Virus record (IMG/VR): IMGVR_UViG_3300014202_000463
Location: 1-25,264 of that record
Length of the DNA stretch: 25,264 bases
Direction: 5' to 3' (one strand)
Source of the DNA: a virus
Taxonomy: Duplodnaviria > Caudoviricetes
Part shown: piece after piece, positions 16,661 through 22,478 of the stretch
How positions within the stretch are numbered: the first letter of the stretch is position 1
Layout: every line of letters starts with the position of its first letter
Position numbers and translations under genes: made by a program
The notes under the pieces: model-generated
Seen by the model: the letters and a program-made list of their open reading frames with translations, nothing else
The model's database searches: none
What the model was told of the DNA's origin: nothing

Positions 16661-18631
16661 TTACTCCAGCCAGTTATCGGTGCCGCTGAGCCAGTCGTCG
16701 TCGTGGTGCTGCGCGACGGCCACAGCGGGCGTTGGTTTCTGTGCAGACGTCTGCAATGATGCTGTCGGGTACTCGATGCCGGCCGGCGCTTCCGCCGCCT
16801 GCGCCCCCACCGGGATCGGAGCCCTGAACAGGTCGCCAATGACCGGTTCGACCATGCTTTCCAGCTGCGTCCAGTCAGCGTCGCGCATGGTGTCCAGGCG
16901 CAGCAGCGGATGAAACGCCGCCGCGAAGGCATACACAAACAAGTCGATAACCTCATTGCGCCGCCCCCCCAGTTTGCGGTAGGCCCTCTTGGTCGAGTCA
17001 TAGACCTCGGCAGTCAACTGCTCGAAATACTCGTCCGACAAACCCAGCGGAAAATGGATAAACCGTTCTTCCGGCGCGGCCTCTTCGTCCGAGGCCAGGT
17101 AGTTGAACAACAGGGACTTGGCGGTATCGCTACCCACCAGCCATAGCTGCACCCCGCCCTTGATCGTCCTGCCCTTGTGGTTGACATCTTGTATCGACGG
17201 ACGGCCAATCACTGGCTTGCCGCTGACCGATGCGCCTTTTACGGCAAATACGCCGGCATGCCGGTATAGCCTGGCGTAGTGATACACCTCATGCGTATGG
17301 TGACCACCGGAGTCGATGGCGCAGGCCTGAACCCGCATCGAGACGCCGAAGCTGTTTTCTATCGGCCGCTCGCGTATCACCGTCAAACGCGTCCATACAT
17401 CGTCCTTCGCCGGATCGCCATCGATGATGTTGTAATCGATCACCCAATGACGCTTGCCCCTGCCGAAGCCCAGTATCTTGTACTCCAGTCGGTTGCCTTG
17501 CACGTCGACGGACATCACCAGGGCGAGACAGCCGACGGGGATGGTACGCAATTCGTAGTTTTCGCGCCGCTTGGCGATCTCGGCACCCTTGATCTGCCCA
17601 CTCAAATCCTCCCAGCACTCGGCCAGCTCGTTGTTGACGAACACCTTCAAGGCGACAGGGTCGTTTGCCGCAGCCTCGAATTCACCGGCAAGCACGTCCC
17701 ACGCACGCCATCCAAGCGGCGCGTACATACTCGGCAGATGAAAGCTGGCCACGCCGGGTTCGCCCACCGCAGTCGGCAACCAGTGGGCATTGATGTAGCC
17801 CTTCGTCTTCCAGACCGATTCGGTATTCAGGGCGCCGCAGCACTCGCAGGCGTACGCCACTTTCCCCGGCTGGCCCTTGGGCCACTTCATGTTCGGCCAC
17901 TTGAAGAACTGTGGCGCACGGCAATCCGGGCAATGCACCATGTAGTGCTGTTTGTCGCCCCGCTCGTAGTTCCGGTCGATCGCCGAGGCGCCCTTGATCG
18001 TCGGCGTGCTGTTGCCGAAGATGCGTGCCTTCCTGCCAAAGTTACTGGTGCGCTTGCGCGCCAGCTCTTCGGGGCTTCCCTGGTTGCCGATATCGCCGGC
18101 ATACTCGTCCATCTCTTCGAGCAGCACATAGCGCATGGTCGACGACTTCAAACCACCAGGCCGGTTTGCACCGATCAGCTGGATGAAGCCACCCGGAAAC
18201 TTCTTTCGGCGCTTGGTGTTATCCGCGCCCTTGATGCCAGCATCGAGCACCCGCCTGCGCAGCGCCTTCGTCGATTCGCGCATCGGCTCGAAGCGCGACA
18301 ACTCCCACTTTTCCGCGTCCTCCACCGTGGCGAACACGGCGAGGATATTGCCGGCTGCACTGGTGATGCTGTGGCCTATGAAATTTTCACCCAGAGCAGA
18401 GCCGCCCAACTGGTGGCCCTTCTTGAGATACACCTCGCGGTACTTGCTGCTGGGCGACAGCGCATCCATGATGCCCACCAGGTACGGCGTGCGGCTGTTA
18501 CGCCAGGCGCCAGGCTCCGGGCTGTCTGGCGGCAGGATGCGGTTGTCCTGCGCCCAGTCGCTGATCGACTGCTTGCTGTCAGGCAGGATTGCTTCACCGA
18601 TGGCACGCAGGAATTCGTCCGTTGCACCCAT
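16661..18631 (-). CDS. Terminase large subunit, lambda gpA family
   Basis: RTPYL adenine motif, variant Walker A (KGHQLGGS), Walker B (VLLEEMD), STPT, Zn-finger CPDC/CECC, and nuclease motifs VDVQ, IDSGG, RNE-x2-D. Confidence 0.96.
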   Translation of the reverse strand: MGATDEFLRAIGEAILPDSKQSISDWAQDNRILPPDSPEPGAWRNSRTPYLVGIMDALSPSSKYREVYLKKGHQLGGSALGENFIGHSITSAAGNILAVFATVEDAEKWELSRFEPMRESTKALRRRVLDAGIKGADNTKRRKKFPGGFIQLIGANRPGGLKSSTMRYVLLEEMDEYAGDIGNQGSPEELARKRTSNFGRKARIFGNSTPTIKGASAIDRNYERGDKQHYMVHCPDCRAPQFFKWPNMKWPKGQPGKVAYACECCGALNTESVWKTKGYINAHWLPTAVGEPGVASFHLPSMYAPLGWRAWDVLAGEFEAAANDPVALKVFVNNELAECWEDLSGQIKGAEIAKRRENYELRTIPVGCLALVMSVDVQGNRLEYKILGFGRGKRHWVIDYNIIDGDPAKDDVWTRLTVIRERPIENSFGVSMRVQACAIDSGGHHTHEVYHYARLYRHAGVFAVKGASVSGKPVIGRPSIQDVNHKGRTIKGGVQLWLVGSDTAKSLLFNYLASDEEAAPEERFIHFPLGLSDEYFEQLTAEVYDSTKRAYRKLGGRRNEVIDLFVYAFAAAFHPLLRLDTMRDADWTQLESMVEPVIGDLFRAPIPVGAQAAEAPAGIEYPTASLQTSAQKPTPAVAVAQHHDDDWLSGTDNWLE

Positions 18632-19206
18632 CAGTCCTCCACCTCGGCATTGAGCTGGCCGACGTCAACGCTGGCCAGCGCAGCGGACAATTCGCGCTCA
18701 AGTAATTCTTCGCAAGCATGCGGATCGGTCTCGGCCGCGAGCTGGTCCTTGATACGCGCCGCCACGTTCAACACCGAGTCGCGGATGGCGCGGAACGATG
18801 TAAAGGCGATGCGCTTGGCCTCGTCAACGTTGATCAGCTGCCCAAGCAGCTGCTCGTACTCCAGCTTCTGCTTTGCCGCCACGTAAAATTCACGCGATGC
18901 CCGACTTTCCCTATACCTGCTGGCGTTGTTATCGCTGCCGGTCAGTTCCTCTGCAGCTGGCTTGTCGGCCTCCTCCCCCGCCGGCGCAGCAAAAGAAATT
19001 TCTTTTTGAGCCAGGGGTGTGGCGACTTCAACGGCGCTGACCGCAATGCGCGACGCATCCGTGTTGACATCCCATTCACGATCCGCAACAGCGGCATCAA
19101 TCTTCTTGTCCGCGTTCGCATTGATTCGGCCAGCACGCAGTGCTTTTTGTACGGCGCCCAGGCTCACGCCGCGATGACGGGCGTACTCTCGATATCCCAT
19201 CAGCAT
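18631..19206 (-). CDS. Terminase small subunit (Nu1-like)
   Basis: N-terminal wHTH REYARHRGVS-x2-AV-x-KA-x3-GRI and helical C-terminus; abuts the large subunit. Confidence 0.9.
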   Translation of the reverse strand: MLMGYREYARHRGVSLGAVQKALRAGRINANADKKIDAAVADREWDVNTDASRIAVSAVEVATPLAQKEISFAAPAGEEADKPAAEELTGSDNNASRYRESRASREFYVAAKQKLEYEQLLGQLINVDEAKRIAFTSFRAIRDSVLNVAARIKDQLAAETDPHACEELLERELSAALASVDVGQLNAEVED

Positions 19207-19207
19207 G

Positions 19208-19265
19208 GTGACTACCTCAGTGACTGCGGCAGTGACTACCAGAGTGACTACCCTGTGTGACTACC
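19208..19265. repeat. Five direct repeats GTGACT(A/G)C at 12/12/12/13-bp spacing; candidate cosB terminase-binding sites
   Basis: Copies start at 19208, 19220, 19232, 19244 and 19257, directly upstream of terS. Confidence 0.85.
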
Positions 19266-19295
19266 CTTTTAAAAATTCTCCGACGCCGGACAAAC

Positions 19296-19339
19296 CGAGC
19301 GCGAATTTACCCATGCGCGGGAGACCCCGGGAAGGACCC
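19296..19339 (-). other. Candidate cos site (cosQ GGGTCCT at 19333-19339; cosN around GGGTAAATTCGC at 19301-19312)
   Basis: Exact lambda cosQ heptamer in the expected orientation upstream of terS, followed by an AT patch and the repeats. The cosN position is inferred from spacing. Confidence 0.6.
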
Positions 19340-19443
19340 TGGAAAATCCGACCACCCCTCGAAGGGGGCATTTCGGCCCGCCGGTCAGGGTAGGCCTCGA
19401 TGGGCCGGCCTGCCCGGGGCTGGTCGGGCGGGAGGGGCGGGCA

Positions 19444-20097
19444 TCAGCCGCGCATCGCCGCCTCCCACGCGGTGATCAGGTTGGTCTCGAAGTTGGCCGT
19501 GATGATCTGCTCGGCGATGGCACTGAATTCGAACCGCTTCTTGTACACCGCGTCCGTGGCGAAACGGATCAGCGGCGTGATGCGCCGGTTGTCGTTCGTC
19601 CGGGCGTAGATACCTGCCGGCAGCTTGTTCCCTTTCGGTGTGCCCTTGAAGAAACGCTTGCTGGACTCGTATGAGTTGAGGTCCTTGGCGATGCGCAGGA
19701 TCTTCGCCTTGCTCATGTTCCCGTACTGGTTCAGCTGCATGCCAGCACCAGGGAGTGCGATCTGTGGCTGGCCACCTTCGGCAAACTTTTCCTCGAACGT
19801 CTTGAAGCCGCGCCGGCCGCCCGTCGCCTCCTGCATCAGGTACTTCGCTTGAATATCCTTGACGAATATGCGCGTGCGCAATGTCGCCTTGGTTGCAGGC
19901 GTAACACCAACCGCGCGCTTAGTGAAGGGCGTTGGTTTGTCAAAGATGGCCTCGATGTGACCAGTCTCGGCAACCGCTACTTGCCGGCCGGTTTGGGTCA
20001 GCGCCTTGGCGGCGGCGAACGGCATGTGCCGCTTTTCCGCATCGCTCAGCCTGGCAATGAACTCACGGTAGCCATGCATTTCAAACGTCGTATTCAC
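19444..20097 (-). CDS. Putative tail-completion/neck protein (gpZ-like), 217 aa; start corrected to GTG 20097
   Basis: Basic protein with PFAAAKALT and FDKPTPFT motifs; AAGG precedes the GTG. The connector block has no Z-like gene. Confidence 0.6.
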   Translation of the reverse strand: MNTTFEMHGYREFIARLSDAEKRHMPFAAAKALTQTGRQVAVAETGHIEAIFDKPTPFTKRAVGVTPATKATLRTRIFVKDIQAKYLMQEATGGRRGFKTFEEKFAEGGQPQIALPGAGMQLNQYGNMSKAKILRIAKDLNSYESSKRFFKGTPKGNKLPAGIYARTNDNRRITPLIRFATDAVYKKRFEFSAIAEQIITANFETNLITAWEAAMRG

Positions 20098-20132
20098 ATC
20101 GGACCTTGACCATGAAGCGCACCACAAATAAG

Positions 20133-20151
20133 AAAACCCGCACGCGGCGGG
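20133..20151 (-). terminator. Weak intrinsic terminator-like hairpin
   Basis: CCCGC-N5-GCGGG followed by TTTTCTTATTT on the minus strand. Confidence 0.5.
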
Positions 20152-20350
20152 CAAACGAAACAGCTACCTATAGACACCGCTTATTGTCCTGCGGGTCAGA
20201 CGGGATCACCTCTTTCGTGGTTGAGAAACTTGTGCAGGCGTCTGCACTTGAGGCGCCACAACTTTGCCAGAAACACCGTCCAACTTATCGTTGGAGAATT
20301 TCCCCAAGTCACCTATCATCGAGCCACTGGTAAGCCACGGTCGTAGACGT

Positions 20351-20386
20351 AAAAAAACCCCGTCAGACTGTCTGCCTGGCGAGGTT
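20351..20386 (-). terminator. Intrinsic terminator after the moron gene
   Basis: AACCTCGCCAG-N9-CTGACGGGGTT imperfect stem running into T7. Confidence 0.6.
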
Positions 20387-20433
20387 GTTCAGCGTTAGGA
20401 AGGCTTGAGCTCCCTGACAATTCGGAAGTTTAT

Positions 20434-20964
20434 CTAGAACTTTGGGAAATGATTCTGGCGAATATAATCATATTGCTTCTTCAAACGTTCTTGAAGTTCA
20501 TTAGCTGAATTTACTTCTAATTGCGCCGAACTACAGGTCAAACGGGCATCTGAAATAAGCTTAGATCCTCTTTTTTCAAAGCCGTTAAAACTCGAATCTT
20601 GTTCTAAAAGCCTCAACACTGCCTGCGCCCGACGCAACGCTTCATAAGCATTTCCATGGTGCTCACGGGCACGAGTAAACGCATTTCCAAGATTGCTAAC
20701 GTACAACTTCCAGTCGTCTTCCACCGTTTTACTTATCGATGTCGCCGCCAGTAAGGAGTCAGAAATCAACTTCACATTCTCAGCTAGTGCGTCATCCAAT
20801 GATTCGTCTTTCGATTTCACCAACTGCAAGGTATTGGCAAAGTGAGCAGCTTCACCATCAGCTCCATTGCATAAAATCGAAAGATTAAATTCGTTAATAC
20901 TCACAACGGTCAATGGCTCACCTGTATTCTTAGAAAGCACTAAGTCACCAACTTGAAACTTCAT
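20434..20964 (-). CDS. AT-rich moron protein: YodC/DUF2158-like N-terminus plus helical coiled-coil C-terminus (176 aa)
   Basis: GGAG SD then MKFQVGDLVLSKNTGEPLTVVSI; clearly AT-richer than its neighbours; flanked by terminators on both sides. Confidence 0.75.
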   Translation of the reverse strand: MKFQVGDLVLSKNTGEPLTVVSINEFNLSILCNGADGEAAHFANTLQLVKSKDESLDDALAENVKLISDSLLAATSISKTVEDDWKLYVSNLGNAFTRAREHHGNAYEALRRAQAVLRLLEQDSSFNGFEKRGSKLISDARLTCSSAQLEVNSANELQERLKKQYDYIRQNHFPKF

Positions 20965-21040
20965 GTTTGACTCCAATTTTTATGACTCATGAACAATACA
21001 TCAAAATTGAGAAATCTATATGAAAAGTCAAATTGATACT

Positions 21041-21064
21041 AAAAAGCCCGCTTGTGCGGGCTTT
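21041..21064 (-). terminator. tR'-like terminator just downstream of the late promoter
   Basis: AAAGCCCGC-N4-GCGGGCTTT with T5 on the minus strand; potentially bidirectional. Confidence 0.8.
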
Positions 21065-21091
21065 AGGCGTTACTACTGCGAGAATGACCGG

Positions 21092-21121
21092 AATATACAC
21101 CCGCTGTAACAGCCGCGTCAA
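21092..21121 (-). promoter_or_regulatory. Sigma70-type late promoter (PR'-like)
   Basis: TTGACG-N18-TATATT right after the Q-like gene; GCTGT-T-ACAGC palindrome in the spacer. Confidence 0.65.
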
Positions 21122-21122
21122 G

Positions 21123-21770
21123 CTATTGCAAAAACTCCTCAACGACACCATCAGCGATAAAGCTCGGTGCGAGGCGGCTGTATGCCATCTATTCAAGCTC
21201 CCGCACATGCCCATGCATCTTTGTCGATGCCCGCTGGTAGGTCATATGGCTTGCGCCGAATGACTTGGCCAGGTCACGGACCGTGATGTCCAACTGCTTA
21301 TGATTGGCGAACAATCGTCCCAGCATGCAGTCGATAGCGTGCGGATTCAGCCCAGGGAACATTGGCCGGAACCAATCCGCCAAACCCTTGATGGCCTCGA
21401 TGCGTTCGCCCGAGAAAGCGAAGCGACGATGGCCATCAATATCCTCGAAGTCCGTCTGCCCGTACTTCGCCTGCAGCACCCACATTTCTGTTTTCGGTAG
21501 CCTATGCTTTACCGCCTGCAGCACCATGGCACACTGGGCGCGCACCTCGTTGCCATCCAGTCCGCCGAAGTTAATTGTTCCCGACGCCGCCCCGCGCAGC
21601 TGCTCCAGCCAGCAACGCTGCCGGCCATTCAATTGCACCGACTCCATTGCCTTGATCAGTGCCGCCCGCAACGGTGCGTCCTGCTTCGCCTCCTGCGCCA
21701 TAATCAGGAACGACACATGCACCGCCTGACCCACGTTCTCAAATACCGCTTCTTCCGCTTTCACTTCCAT
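21123..21770 (-). CDS. Putative Q-like late-gene regulator/antiterminator; in-frame TAG at 21189-21191 gives 193 aa instead of 215 aa (possible pseudogene)
   Basis: Last gene before the promoter/terminator pair. C-terminal HTH-like segment TVRDLAKSFGASHMTYQR. The frame continues past TAG as MAYSRLAPSFIADGVVEEFLQ* and ends 1 nt before the -35 box. Confidence 0.6.
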
Positions 21771-21773
21771 CGC

Positions 21774-22082
21774 CTAGCCCCTTTTCTCGTTGTCCAATGC
21801 TGCCTGCCATGCCACTTGCCCACTTCGTGATTCGTATTCTCCTGGCGCCGCGTCACACTCATCCAGGTTAACCCTATTGCCCCGGCCGTCCTTGCCGATC
21901 CGCACCCCTCGCACTGGCGGCCGGCCTATCTCGTGCCCGCGCTCTACCGCGTGGAACACACCATCCCCGTTCAGTCCCCGCCGTATCTGTCTGTCGATGT
22001 AGTCCCTACCGAAGGCATCACGCAAACCATCGATCCAGGCCGCGACGATCGGCATCTGCTCCCTCATGTTTCCGTTGCTCAT
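21774..22082 (-). CDS. Hypothetical phage protein
   Basis: AGGAG SD, 102 aa, ends 3 nt before the next gene; no function recognised. Confidence 0.7.
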   Translation of the reverse strand: MSNGNMREQMPIVAAWIDGLRDAFGRDYIDRQIRRGLNGDGVFHAVERGHEIGRPPVRGVRIGKDGRGNRVNLDECDAAPGEYESRSGQVAWQAALDNEKRG

Positions 22083-22100
22083 GCCACTCTCCTGCTATTT

Positions 22101-22363
22101 CGTCCGACCTTAAAAAGGTGGGCCAAAAGGTTGGACGGCTGAAACCCGCATGGTTGCTGGTTTTGCCAACCTCCCAACCTACCCAACCTATTTATAGGTT
22201 TGACTAGAAAAGGGGTTTTGGAAAAAGGCCACACACGCACGCGTATACGTGCGTACGTGCGCGTGTGCGCTTGCGCGTCCGGGTTGGCGAGGTTGGGCGG
22301 TTGGCGGGGCCGCATTCCATGCGGGTTCCAGCCGTCCAACCTAAAATTAGCGAGGTTGGACGG
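22101..22363. repeat. Nested inverted-repeat element with an alternating purine/pyrimidine core; probable replication origin
   Basis: 26-bp IR at 22128-22153/22317-22342 (1 mismatch), three CCAACC mirrored by three GGTTGG, flanking hairpins, and a 41-bp RY tract at 22230-22270; downstream of the primase-helicase. Confidence 0.8.
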
Positions 22364-22478
22364 ATGGTCCACCCAGGCCGAAATGTCCGAACGTGCCGCC
22401 CGCAATTCCGCCTTTTCCGCCTGCGCACACGGCGCCCACGATCCCTGGCAGACGATTGACGCTACATCGCCCATGACG

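Noticed and set aside
12678-18886. Long plus-strand ORFs (539, 460 and 535 aa) and similar ones elsewhere
   Set aside because: They are antisense shadows of GC-rich capsid, portal and terminase genes, with no recognisable motifs.
19208-19265. Repeats as a CRISPR array
   Set aside because: The 8-9-bp units have 3-5-bp spacers, far too short, and there are no cas genes.
20203-20215. 16S rRNA fragment
   Set aside because: Only 13 nt match and the flanks do not resemble rRNA.
21101-21115. LexA (SOS) box in the late promoter
   Set aside because: CTGT and ACAG are separated by 1 nt, not the 8 nt of CTGT-N8-ACAG.
21189-21191. Genome-wide TAG reassignment (alternative genetic code)
   Set aside because: TAG serves as a normal stop for the portal, tailspike, chaperones, moron and the 102-aa gene.
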